Shown piece after piece: positions 50,401-59,726 of a DNA stretch of 64,000 bases. Source of the DNA: a virus; IMG/VR virus record IMGVR_UViG_3300035682_000005; one strand, 5' to 3'. Position 1 is the first letter of the stretch, and each line of letters starts with the position of its first letter. The notes under the pieces were generated by a model that was given only the letters and a program-made list of their open reading frames with translations, ran no database searches and was not told where the DNA came from. A program made the translations under genes and the position numbers.

Positions 50401-53400
50401 GATTATTTTGCATACAATGGTCGTAGAGACAAAGTTGTTCTTGATAGCAAGACAAAGAACTTCACCCTTAGTATGGGTGTTGCTGACGATGAGCCAGTTG
50501 ATGCTGATGATATTGACACAGCAATGACTCTTGTCGAATTGAGCAATGATCCATATGGCATTGATAAAAATTCTTGCATTCTCAAAGTCAAAGACAACAG
50601 ACGATACACTATGCGTGATATCGGAAAACTTGAGAGACGCATTGAGAATCTTGAATACTACACGGCACTCAGTTTGCTTGAGCAAGAAACATCGCGCATG
50701 AGCATCACTGATGCAAACGGCAATGTTCGTTTCAAGAACGGCTTCTTGGTAGATAGCTTTAACTCATTTGAATCTGCTGATACTAATAGTCCAGATTTTT
50801 CATGCTCGATTGATATTACACAAGAGCATGTTGCTAGACCGTTGGTTACATCAGACAACTTCAAACTTGAAGAGGATTTGTTAAATCCAATCTTTGCTGA
50901 CACTATTGACACGCTCAGATTGGGACAAGATGATAACAATGGATATCAAAAGACTGGTGAGTTATATACATTACCATACACTCGTTCAGAGTTCATATCT
51001 CAACCATTAGCAACAAAAGTTGTGAGTGTAAATCCATATGATGTGTTGACCTATGTTGGTCAAATTGATTTGTTCCCATGGAGTGATGAGTGGCGCGAAA
51101 CAAAATACTCTGAGATTTTAGTGTATGACGATTCGGCATATCAAGCTGCACGAAAACTCATTACAGGAGATATTAATTATAGTGGGTCTATAACATCAGT
51201 TGTCAATGGACCTAAGAGTGGCAAGAAAAAGACTGGTCGATTAAAGATGCTTGAGGGTGGACACGTTCACTTTGACAAATTGACTGGTAAAGAAAAAGAG
51301 CTTGCTCGAAAGACTAAAAAATTTAAAGTGCCTAAAGGATATCTTAATGAGGGTGAAATTGTTGATATCAACCTTCGTAGTGGTGCTTTAATTCAACGAC
51401 AAACTAAAGAGACTTTCACAAGAACTACAACTTCAATTAGACTTGGAATGCAAAGTGAGTTAGTTAAGACTTCTGTAGAAACTACAAAAGCACTCACTAA
51501 AGATGAAACCACTCAGATCGAGTTCATGAGATCTCGTGAGATTACGTTCACTGGAAAAGCATTTAGACCTAGTTCAAACTTGTATGCATACTTTGATGAT
51601 GTTCCAGTATCGGAGCATTGTAGACCCGTTGCTGTAAAAGACAGCGACAATTGGGTTACATACACTGCAACAGATACAACAAATACGGGCGTCTCTGGTC
51701 AATTTACTATTCTCCCAATCGATTCGCCAGTACGCTACTTCAAGATTGTTGGGGCATCTACTGATAGCACATTTAATGTGCCAAGTGCATCATCAACTGC
51801 TGAAGAGAAGATTGGAAAAGTGCGTGTTGGATGTGAAGTTCAAGTATTATCAACATCTGGTGTTGTCAGAAAGTTTGAAATTGAAAGAATTTCTAGTGAT
51901 AATAAAGTAATCATTTGTCGTGAGAAGACTCAAGAAGGATTGCTGGCATCACAGGCTGGAGCTCTTGGAGCTTCGGGCAACATCACAATTAAAATATCTA
52001 AGTATGCATACGGTGATAAACTAAAAGCAGACAGCAACGGATCTATTGCTGGTGTGTTTAAGATTCCTAATCGCGACGGTCTTCGATTTAAAACTGGTGA
52101 AGCAAAGTTTGTTCTGTCGTCTTCTTCTAAGAATACTCAAAGAGGTCTTGGAATTACTCGCGCTCAGACAGACTATGTTGCTCGTGGAGTATTAAACACT
52201 CAAGAGATGACAATTACACAAACTCAACAGTTTGTTGTGACATCACACTTAGTGAACCCTGAATCAGTATCATCCAAGCCAGAATCATTCTATGACTATG
52301 AGCCACCTGAGGTCATTGACCCAATTGCACAAACATTCAGAGTTGACGAAAACGGCGGATGCTACATCACAGATATTGATGTGTTCTTTGCAAACAAGCC
52401 AGCTAACAATGCTGTGCCTGTACGACTTGAGTTAAGAACTGTTGCGCTCACTGGTATTCCAGAAGCACAGATTATTGGTGGTAATCTTGGTACAGTTATT
52501 AAGACAGCTGATCAAGTTGTTGTCAACAAAGTTGATATTCAGACAACTGGTTCAAGTCGAAATAACAGGCTAATTGTACAAGTTGACGCCGGAGTTAGTG
52601 CTAAGGATGTTGGTGGTGTGTTGGACACAACAACAAATAAAATCAAATGGTCTACAAGCACTTCAGTAAAGTCTGATACAATCAAACTTGATAACACAAA
52701 CACACAAGAAGTCTTTGCAAACACAGAGATAACATCAAGTGATATGTCATCTGACATGGTGCCAACACGGTTCACATTCAACTCACCAATCTACTTAGAG
52801 CAAGGCAAGTCATATGCATTTGTTCTTCTCTCTGACAGTAGCGATTATCAAGTGTGGGTTGCACAATCTGGTCAATATGAGCCCGCCGACATGAACTTGG
52901 AGTATGGCTACTACAGTCAAGTTGGTGATACAAACGTTAAGATTGGAACAACTGATGTTGTAACTAACAAACAACTATATTTCAATGGTGGTTTCTTTAA
53001 GTCAAAGAACGGCATGCAGTGGGATCTTGCTAGTACAGTTAGCATGAAGTTTAATTTATCAAAAGCTAAGTTTAAGACTCGTGCAGATACTGTACCTAAC
53101 GTCGGTGAGATTACTTACGTAAATGAAACTGTTGCTTGGACTGAGCTGACAAGTAATGCACTTGAAGTTCGACCAAACTCAAAATTGATTCGTGTGTTGT
53201 GTCCAAATCATGGCACATCTATTGGTGATAGAGTTCGTTTTAGCATTGATTCAGATTCATCTTCAGATACAGACTTGAGAGGTTTCTCAAAAGCTGTTCT
53301 TCAAGATCAAGCTGGACTTAAAGTAGTAAATGCTGAAGCGGATTACTTTACTGTAGAGACAACTATTGCATCAAGTCCGGGTGATGGATACAAGGCTAGA

Positions 53401-54891
53401 AGCACATTAACACAAGATCAGTATAAGATGTGTCCTGTATCGAGTGATGGCAAGCCAACGGCGTTTGTTCGCATAGACAAGAGATTTGACAACTTAACTC
53501 TCATCACAAACACATTCTGTCCAACGGGAACTTCTGTTCAGTGGGTACTTCAAACAACTCCAGCAGTTGGTGTGAATGAGTTTGAAAGTAATGGATCGTT
53601 AGTTGAGCGCAGTGATCTTGTTAAGACAAGTCCAATAAACCTTGTATCTAATGTTCCGGTAGACTTCTATGTGCCTATGAAGTTACAGTCGCCAGAAAAT
53701 GAGCAGTCGCTTAGTGTTGAGGATGCATCTGGCTGGTCTGGAAAACGCAAAGCACTACAAGATAGAAAGTCTGCTGTTGTTAGAGCACTTCTTATTAGTG
53801 ATAACGAGAACTTGTCTCCTGTAATTGATAAGACTCGTTTGAGTGCAACCACACTTTCGACAAGACTTGACAATCCTAGAGGTGTTGCTGGCATTCTTGG
53901 CAACAACATCAACCTGACTAGCGCAAGTGGAGACTTTGACACACTTAGCATATTCAATAATGATGCTGATGCATTTACTGCTCTTGAGTTTACTAACTCA
54001 ACTGTTGTGTTGACTGGATCATTTACTCAAGAAACAAATAGTAAGACTGTCACAACAGCAGGCACTACACTTTTGAGTCAAGTTAATCCTGGTGACAAGA
54101 TTGTAGACTTGAGCAATCCAACGGAAGAGAGAACTGTAGTTAAAGTGGTAAACAACACTAAGATGATTCTTAATGCGCCGTTCAACGCACCACTTGCATC
54201 TTCTTCACTTGCTCTTGTTGGAGAGTTTATGGAGATTACTACACAAGATACAGAGACAGCACAATTGCTATCTCAACTTGATTCGGGCAAGTATGCAACA
54301 TTTGCATTCTCGGACGATGATGATGCTAGTATTGCAATTGCAGATGATAGTCGCCAATTTCAAAACAAGTTGATTCTAAATGTGTTCTACACACCAAGTG
54401 AAACTGTTAAGTGTAAAATTATTGTTCAACACTTGAACGATGGAACTACAAGCACAGACGCAGCAAAAGTTACTATGACACAACTTGATCGTTTTGTTGA
54501 TGAGATTGCATATGAAGGCGGCTCGTGTGCAAGCAAGTATGTGTGTAAGAAACTTAACTTGGATAGACCATCAAATGCATTGAAACTTACATTTGATGCA
54601 GTACGCGATCAGTATTCTGAGATTGATTTGTACTATAGAATTGAGCAACCAAACGACAATGTTAGTATTTTTGACAAGAACTGGACAAAAGCTACATACA
54701 ATATTGACATGAATGGCGTTCTTACACCAAAGACGCCTGAGCCTAGTGATGCGCTGTATAGAGCATATGAAGCTACGATAGAAGGTCTACAAGAGTTTAG
54801 TGGCGTACAAGCTAAGATTGTTATGCGTGGAGGTAATCCAGCTAAACCACCAAAGATTAAGAACTTCAGATTGATTGCTTTGGATGAATAG
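47443..54891 (+). CDS. Very large virion structural protein (VrlC/DUF4815-like)
   Basis: NLNQSPYFDD...ILFRPGRAVQARELTQLQT.LQ.Q, APGADR, LARRTYDESGDY, RYTMRDIGKLE.RIENLEYYT.LSLLE, DPIAQTF. Confidence 0.88.
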   Translation: MAKKLNLNQSPYFDDHKNSDKYYQILFRPGRAVQARELTQLQTLLQSQVERFGTHIFKQGSNVIPGTSNAVRYTRNVHFIKLSLKDVLPEYSVSEDIHKAIRATWVGKTIRVNIGDREGLTASIIDYRGPDSIGENGGEIRFFLNIITGSSNGEHSTFAKGDTVQLVGDDTRSATIPSTSGKKVGTVASVQIQEGVYFYNGYFVYVDAQTHFIAPGADETSDDAINQELWNDVPTASVGLLMTESIKTFQDDPNLLDNALGSPNYSAPGADRFHIDAQLTQISYNATASKPDNFITLVEVLNGQVAFIVDAPDYGTIVDTLARRTYDESGDYVVEGLNIELKEFLRDEQTQNNGAHNITEFQFTTAQDAAAYALKKFGVNTSCSVEVDGVEIFYPGTSYDDSGDATSFKALCDSFLTLRIDAGKAYVKGYEIRKIAKSSVDVPKSRTTRFIDQKTVETELGRYILVNDVVGNITFPKFVSVDLYDARRVGTHAVGTSNPKQYTYASTLNSAGTKIGTARLVAIEPDATEGAGYYRAYLTDIELIGANTIASVKTIHSSAEGIFAHVSLVTQDLIGTITSAAGTTTGTGTKWKNDASQLLRVNDYVYADSTQEYYRVVSLPTSDTAIVLKTEDEGTPTISASSIFVTYTQLESSTNETGLIYKLADSYVSSVRTQGVSGIPATTSENQYTIDEYFTDRSVDQTTKKIEISVANVVKHTFVPNEYTYKVIRTNGSTKTIMKVESGASAPSTDGTVNVSSNLTNKTLTFSFTDNDAQSSIRYDIVVPVVKTNVIEKKKVLRYGSFDASGNYTHAANPDSFTPTTANPGKGVKVVAASNNSEIHLDDCDVFRITRIVASKNDDTEPSMSSTLNDGDVDVTALYRFDNGQTPYEYGTGSVYLQASYKKLTGKVRVEYDYFDHQDGEDAGDFFTVNSYTHESGINYNEIPTHTSSDGIQYMLSDCLDFRRKASVEGVAETKSGRAPKGFLTIDYFAYNGRRDKVVLDSKTKNFTLSMGVADDEPVDADDIDTAMTLVELSNDPYGIDKNSCILKVKDNRRYTMRDIGKLERRIENLEYYTALSLLEQETSRMSITDANGNVRFKNGFLVDSFNSFESADTNSPDFSCSIDITQEHVARPLVTSDNFKLEEDLLNPIFADTIDTLRLGQDDNNGYQKTGELYTLPYTRSEFISQPLATKVVSVNPYDVLTYVGQIDLFPWSDEWRETKYSEILVYDDSAYQAARKLITGDINYSGSITSVVNGPKSGKKKTGRLKMLEGGHVHFDKLTGKEKELARKTKKFKVPKGYLNEGEIVDINLRSGALIQRQTKETFTRTTTSIRLGMQSELVKTSVETTKALTKDETTQIEFMRSREITFTGKAFRPSSNLYAYFDDVPVSEHCRPVAVKDSDNWVTYTATDTTNTGVSGQFTILPIDSPVRYFKIVGASTDSTFNVPSASSTAEEKIGKVRVGCEVQVLSTSGVVRKFEIERISSDNKVIICREKTQEGLLASQAGALGASGNITIKISKYAYGDKLKADSNGSIAGVFKIPNRDGLRFKTGEAKFVLSSSSKNTQRGLGITRAQTDYVARGVLNTQEMTITQTQQFVVTSHLVNPESVSSKPESFYDYEPPEVIDPIAQTFRVDENGGCYITDIDVFFANKPANNAVPVRLELRTVALTGIPEAQIIGGNLGTVIKTADQVVVNKVDIQTTGSSRNNRLIVQVDAGVSAKDVGGVLDTTTNKIKWSTSTSVKSDTIKLDNTNTQEVFANTEITSSDMSSDMVPTRFTFNSPIYLEQGKSYAFVLLSDSSDYQVWVAQSGQYEPADMNLEYGYYSQVGDTNVKIGTTDVVTNKQLYFNGGFFKSKNGMQWDLASTVSMKFNLSKAKFKTRADTVPNVGEITYVNETVAWTELTSNALEVRPNSKLIRVLCPNHGTSIGDRVRFSIDSDSSSDTDLRGFSKAVLQDQAGLKVVNAEADYFTVETTIASSPGDGYKARSTLTQDQYKMCPVSSDGKPTAFVRIDKRFDNLTLITNTFCPTGTSVQWVLQTTPAVGVNEFESNGSLVERSDLVKTSPINLVSNVPVDFYVPMKLQSPENEQSLSVEDASGWSGKRKALQDRKSAVVRALLISDNENLSPVIDKTRLSATTLSTRLDNPRGVAGILGNNINLTSASGDFDTLSIFNNDADAFTALEFTNSTVVLTGSFTQETNSKTVTTAGTTLLSQVNPGDKIVDLSNPTEERTVVKVVNNTKMILNAPFNAPLASSSLALVGEFMEITTQDTETAQLLSQLDSGKYATFAFSDDDDASIAIADDSRQFQNKLILNVFYTPSETVKCKIIVQHLNDGTTSTDAAKVTMTQLDRFVDEIAYEGGSCASKYVCKKLNLDRPSNALKLTFDAVRDQYSEIDLYYRIEQPNDNVSIFDKNWTKATYNIDMNGVLTPKTPEPSDALYRAYEATIEGLQEFSGVQAKIVMRGGNPAKPPKIKNFRLIALDE

Positions 54892-54893
54892 TT

Positions 54894-55124
54894 ATGAATA
54901 GATTGAAAGTGAAAGATGATCCATTCTTGTGTAGAGATCCACAATCGAACGGTATCATCAACACAAATGATGTTGCATACAATGAGTATTTGAAGCGCAA
55001 GCGTAAGGTGCAACTTTTGGAAGAAGAAAAACACAATGCAGAATCGAGACTAAATAAACTTGAGCAAGATGTGTCTGAACTTAAAGACGGCATCTCTCAG
55101 ATTTTGGAGCTACTGAGGAAATGA
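54894..55124 (+). CDS. Small coiled-coil protein typically following VrlC-like genes
   Basis: LCRDPQSNGIINTN...Y..Y...R; C-terminal heptads. Confidence 0.65.
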   Translation: MNRLKVKDDPFLCRDPQSNGIINTNDVAYNEYLKRKRKVQLLEEEKHNAESRLNKLEQDVSELKDGISQILELLRK

Positions 55125-55381
55125 GCGAGTTTAATCCCAAAACATTAGCAGAAAAGAAGCCTGATTATCAGGGCGATTCTTTTGCGTCGTGGTTGGAAAA
55201 AACTCTCATCACAACTATTGAGCTTGGCGATTTGAATAATTTAAATCCAATTCTCTTGAGTGTGCTTGAAGCTGCGGCTCAAACACAAAACAATCAAGAA
55301 GAACTAAATGTTGTTGCTGCTATCAATGAGACTGTGAACGAAACAAGACGGGTATTAATTAGAGCTATTGCGATGAGTTAA
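55121..55381 (+). CDS. Hypothetical structural protein
   Basis: Coupled ORF; ELGDLNNL...NVVAAINE. Confidence 0.55.
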   Translation: MSEFNPKTLAEKKPDYQGDSFASWLEKTLITTIELGDLNNLNPILLSVLEAAAQTQNNQEELNVVAAINETVNETRRVLIRAIAMS

Positions 55382-55385
55382 TGTT

Positions 55386-55733
55386 ATGACAGCTATTTTT
55401 AAAAACGCAATTAAGAAACAAGTTGGTAAGAATGTAGATGGATCAGGTGTTGCTGTATATCAAGCACCAACTGGTAAGGCATCATATTTGATTCAGTGTG
55501 ACATTGCTTGTACTGAAGATAGTGGTGTGCAAGTCACTGTTGAAGTTGTTGATGCTACTGGTGACACAGCATGTTTGGTGAAAAACGCTCCGGTACCTAC
55601 TGGATCTTCTCTTCAAGTTCTTGATGGTCAGAAAGTTGTTCTTGAATCTGGCGACTCGTTATTGGTAAAGTGTGAAACAGAAGGATCAACAGTAGATGTG
55701 ATCGTATCATTAGTGGAAGATGTCAATAGCTAA
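55386..55733 (+). CDS. Hypothetical virion/tail-fibre-associated protein
   Basis: FKN...VYQAP...LVKNAPVPTGSSL...GQKVVLESGD pattern common in tail-fibre regions. Confidence 0.65.
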   Translation: MTAIFKNAIKKQVGKNVDGSGVAVYQAPTGKASYLIQCDIACTEDSGVQVTVEVVDATGDTACLVKNAPVPTGSSLQVLDGQKVVLESGDSLLVKCETEGSTVDVIVSLVEDVNS

Positions 55734-55751
55734 TAGTGGAGTTGATATATC

Positions 55752-58484
55752 ATGTCATACATAGGAAATGCTAAAAGCCCACTCATTATTGGCTCTAATA
55801 CAAGAGATGATCTTGTTCCTACGTTTAATGGTCAAACAACGTTCCAGTTGTCTCAAGAAGTTCCGGGTGGTGATGAGAACAGCATTACTATACTCAAACA
55901 AAAGTATGAGACACACAGCATCATAACAAACAATACAGATATCTCTATTGAAGATACTGATAGAACTGTATTAGTTGATGATGAGTTAATTGCTCGTACT
56001 GAAATAAAAATTACAACCACAAACGTCAACGTGGCTCTTGCAATATCTGCAATTAAATCTGGCGACAGGCTTACAGTTTCAGTAAGTGATAGCACATCAT
56101 CACTCAATGACACATTTCAAGTTCTTGATGTTATTTACACTGGTGATGTAGCACACGTTTATATTGCCACATCCGTTGCACAACGTATTATTGCTGGCAC
56201 AGAAGTGTCATTAACCACTGGCAGATACAATGACTGGACAATATTGGAGCCAGAGATAGATTATAATCTTGGCACTACGGGCGACACAGTTCGCACACTC
56301 ACACTTTCTCAAGGCCTTTCGGTTGATGATAAAGCGTATGTCCTTCACAGAGGTGAAGCAACATATAATTTGACGCCATCTGACAAGTCTGTTGGACCAA
56401 ATCAACTTCAAGACAATTTAAGAAATTTTAGATGTGATCGATATACAGCTAATGGTTCTACAAGCACATTTATACTAACACAAACTGATAGTCCATCATA
56501 TGATGTTATTGATGCAAAGTCTCTCTTAGTATCGGTGGATGGGGAAATATTAGATTCGGATTATCTTGATGACAATGGCGACACTGTAGCTGGTGCATGG
56601 ATTCTTGACATTGATAGAACGACCGAAGGTCTTCAAACTATAACGTTTCATGATGTGCCAAATAATGGCACAGCAATTCGCATCTTACACTTAGGGTTTT
56701 CTACAGTATCACGCAGGGCAGCTTTTTCTCCTGGACAAGGAGTGTCGGTGGTACTGCCCAACACTATTGACACAGATCAATTAAAGACCGACAGTGTAAT
56801 TGACTCTAAGATAGCCAACGGTGCAGTATTAACAACAAAAATCCGCAACAATGCCGTTACAGGTAATAAAATTCTTCTCAACAACAACGACAGCATTAGG
56901 GGCAAAACATCATCTGGCACTGAACAAGACTTGTTAAAAGTTGCATCTGATAATTCAACAAACATTACAGGTGCTACTGAAGTATCCGTTAGTATTGCCG
57001 GCACCAAGACTGCAACAATCTCGTCATCTTCGATTGTGCCTGAAACTTCTGATGTTTCTCTTGGCTCAAGTGTAAAGAAATTTAAAGATGGTCATTTTTC
57101 TGGTGATGTGTCTGTGTCTGGCAACATCTCAGTGGATGCTTCGAGCACTATTGGCGGTGTCAACATAACAACTCTTAATGATACTGTTACTGCACTGAAG
57201 TCTTTGATAAATTCAGGATCGTTATCACCAGTTGGTTCGATAATGATTTGGTCATCTACAACTGTTCCATCAAATTGGTTACGTTGTGACGGATCTTCTG
57301 TAAACACATACACACACCGCGAGCTTCATTTATTGATAGGCAACACGTATGGCGGAACTGCATATCAAGCTGGTGTTACTGATATTGTTGGTGCAACTAC
57401 AACATTTAATTTGCCAGACCTTATAACTCGTTTTCCTGTTGGTGCAAACAGCACAACATCAAACATTGGTCAAAATGAAAACGTTGCGCAGAGTAGCAGA
57501 ACAATTTCACACACACACGTCGGAGCTGCGCACACCCACACATTCACTCACACACACGGTGTGCCTGGTCACTATCACTCTGTTGATACATCTGTTGGAT
57601 CAACTATTGCAATCTCATTATCTGGTGACCACGTAACAGCATTAAATCACACACACTTGACTGCATACAGCAAATCAAATGGTTTAGTTGTTGCTGATAC
57701 AACTGGTGTTTCCGCAAGCACACTCATATACGCATCTGGACACACCGGCACTGATGCGGCAGGTGGTGCAGGCATATCTCGAAACTTATACACAAACGCA
57801 TCTCTTTTTCCATCACAAGGATCTGCATACACACAGTGGCAAGATGGTGAGCACCTTCACAAATTGAATACTGGATCCATGGCAACTCCACATGGACATA
57901 GAGTTTCTGTAGTTGATCATGCACACAATATTGGTTTTAGGGATGGTGTTGTTAGAAAAAAATCTACTACAGATAGTGAAAACTCCACATTAAATCAAGT
58001 TGCTTCTGTTGGAGCCGCAACAACAGCTCAAGCGTCAGGTACCGGTGGTTTTACAGCATCAACTGGGTCAACAACCAGCCCACTCACTGGTACTGCATTT
58101 AATACAGACGTTGTTGGAGAAAATTCAACACTACATTATCATGAAATAAAAATTGATAGAAGTGTAACAACACACTACACAGGTTCAACCCAATATTTGA
58201 CCGTAACTGGTGGTCACTCCCACTTTGTATCCATACCTGAGCACAAAGGCAACTCAACATCATCTGGTCAACACACACATACAACATCATCATTCTCTGG
58301 TTCAATTGGTAAAGTTACCGGCGGAAGTGACGGCAATTTAAATATTACAACAAACGCAATGCCCACGGCTGATGCAACTGTGCCGGTTCCCACTTCAGAA
58401 CAACTTGGCAATACAGGATCTGCAACACCTTCACATCTTGTAGTAAACTTCATCATCAAAGTAGCTAACACACAGGTAGTATAA
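55752..58484 (+). CDS. Tail fibre with tail-collar domain and His-rich (HxH) tip
   Basis: MSYIGN start; PVGSIMIW....PSNWLRCDG...FNLPDL..RF collar; numerous HTH/HSH motifs; C-terminal VNFIIK. Confidence 0.85.
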   Translation: MSYIGNAKSPLIIGSNTRDDLVPTFNGQTTFQLSQEVPGGDENSITILKQKYETHSIITNNTDISIEDTDRTVLVDDELIARTEIKITTTNVNVALAISAIKSGDRLTVSVSDSTSSLNDTFQVLDVIYTGDVAHVYIATSVAQRIIAGTEVSLTTGRYNDWTILEPEIDYNLGTTGDTVRTLTLSQGLSVDDKAYVLHRGEATYNLTPSDKSVGPNQLQDNLRNFRCDRYTANGSTSTFILTQTDSPSYDVIDAKSLLVSVDGEILDSDYLDDNGDTVAGAWILDIDRTTEGLQTITFHDVPNNGTAIRILHLGFSTVSRRAAFSPGQGVSVVLPNTIDTDQLKTDSVIDSKIANGAVLTTKIRNNAVTGNKILLNNNDSIRGKTSSGTEQDLLKVASDNSTNITGATEVSVSIAGTKTATISSSSIVPETSDVSLGSSVKKFKDGHFSGDVSVSGNISVDASSTIGGVNITTLNDTVTALKSLINSGSLSPVGSIMIWSSTTVPSNWLRCDGSSVNTYTHRELHLLIGNTYGGTAYQAGVTDIVGATTTFNLPDLITRFPVGANSTTSNIGQNENVAQSSRTISHTHVGAAHTHTFTHTHGVPGHYHSVDTSVGSTIAISLSGDHVTALNHTHLTAYSKSNGLVVADTTGVSASTLIYASGHTGTDAAGGAGISRNLYTNASLFPSQGSAYTQWQDGEHLHKLNTGSMATPHGHRVSVVDHAHNIGFRDGVVRKKSTTDSENSTLNQVASVGAATTAQASGTGGFTASTGSTTSPLTGTAFNTDVVGENSTLHYHEIKIDRSVTTHYTGSTQYLTVTGGHSHFVSIPEHKGNSTSSGQHTHTTSSFSGSIGKVTGGSDGNLNITTNAMPTADATVPVPTSEQLGNTGSATPSHLVVNFIIKVANTQVV

Positions 58485-58485
58485 T

Positions 58486-59487
58486 ATGGGCAAGTATATT
58501 GGATCAAATTCACCATACGGCTTGTACGAGAAACAATCTCTTGAACTTGTGGCTGGCAGAACAAAATTTTCTCTCGACTACAAAGTTGGGTACGAAACTT
58601 CTATTCTTGTTGTGTACGAGATTGCTGGTGGTTCAAAAATACTTGAGCCTGGTGTAGATTACAGTCTCGTAGATGGTGGTACTGCAATCCAGCTTACGTT
58701 TGAAACATTTGATAATGACGGAACATATACTGAACGATTGTATGTGTTATATTTGGGACGTCAACTTTCTGTTCCAGTACCTCTTGAAAAGAAGCCACTT
58801 CTTGTTCAATTTACTAACACAACACAAACAACAATTTTTATTACATCAGATGTTCATTTGACAGAACATGGTATTATTGTATCAAAGAATGGCACACAAC
58901 TTAGTCATGGAACTGACTTTACCATTACAACCGACGGTGCTTCTATTGCATTAGCTATTGCTCCTGTTGTAGAAGACCGATTTGATGTTCATGTATTTGC
59001 GGGAATTCAAAAACTGTCATTGACTGCGATTGATGATGATACGATTACAACTGAAAAACTTAAACAAAACTCAGTTGCAACATCAAAACTTGATTTGTCA
59101 TTTACAACATTTGATAATAGTAACGTTGCAGTGACTGGAAGTGGTGCTATGAGTGCTGTTTCTACCAACATTATAGAAGCAACACACATGGTTCAAGGAA
59201 ATCCAGACTCAACTAACGGTGCTCCAGTTAAAGTTCGTGTAAAGTTCACTACAACTCTTGCAGGAACAGCTAACAACAAGGTTCGTTTTGCATTGCCTAG
59301 CAATTTACCAACAGAAAGTACAATTATAGGCGGTTCTGTCGTTATTAAGACTGATGATTCTATAGAAAGTGGCATTCTGAGCTGGGGTTCTGCTAACGCT
59401 GTCGATGTTTACCGCCAATTTGGGGTAAACTACACTCTGGGAGTAGTCACAATTGAGGCTTCCTTCGAGTATATCGCTAAAAGATAG
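58486..59487 (+). CDS. Tail-fibre-associated structural protein
   Basis: MGKYIGS start; repeated GVDY/GTDF beta modules. Confidence 0.6.
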   Translation: MGKYIGSNSPYGLYEKQSLELVAGRTKFSLDYKVGYETSILVVYEIAGGSKILEPGVDYSLVDGGTAIQLTFETFDNDGTYTERLYVLYLGRQLSVPVPLEKKPLLVQFTNTTQTTIFITSDVHLTEHGIIVSKNGTQLSHGTDFTITTDGASIALAIAPVVEDRFDVHVFAGIQKLSLTAIDDDTITTEKLKQNSVATSKLDLSFTTFDNSNVAVTGSGAMSAVSTNIIEATHMVQGNPDSTNGAPVKVRVKFTTTLAGTANNKVRFALPSNLPTESTIIGGSVVIKTDDSIESGILSWGSANAVDVYRQFGVNYTLGVVTIEASFEYIAKR

Positions 59488-59726
59488 CTAAATCCAAAAT
59501 TTTTGGATATTTTTGGAAAAAGTGCTTCTTCGGAGCATAAATAATATCATAACATCGTATATTCACTTCGATATTCAATACATCATCCTTTCAAACTGAT
59601 TTGTCAAAGTTATTTCGCAGCTATGTTATAGCTTGCGAGCATGAATCTTCTTAGTAATGCTCTTGACTGAATTGACATTCGCTATTTTAACAATTAAACA
59701 CCATTATTCTTATAGGAATAAATCAA

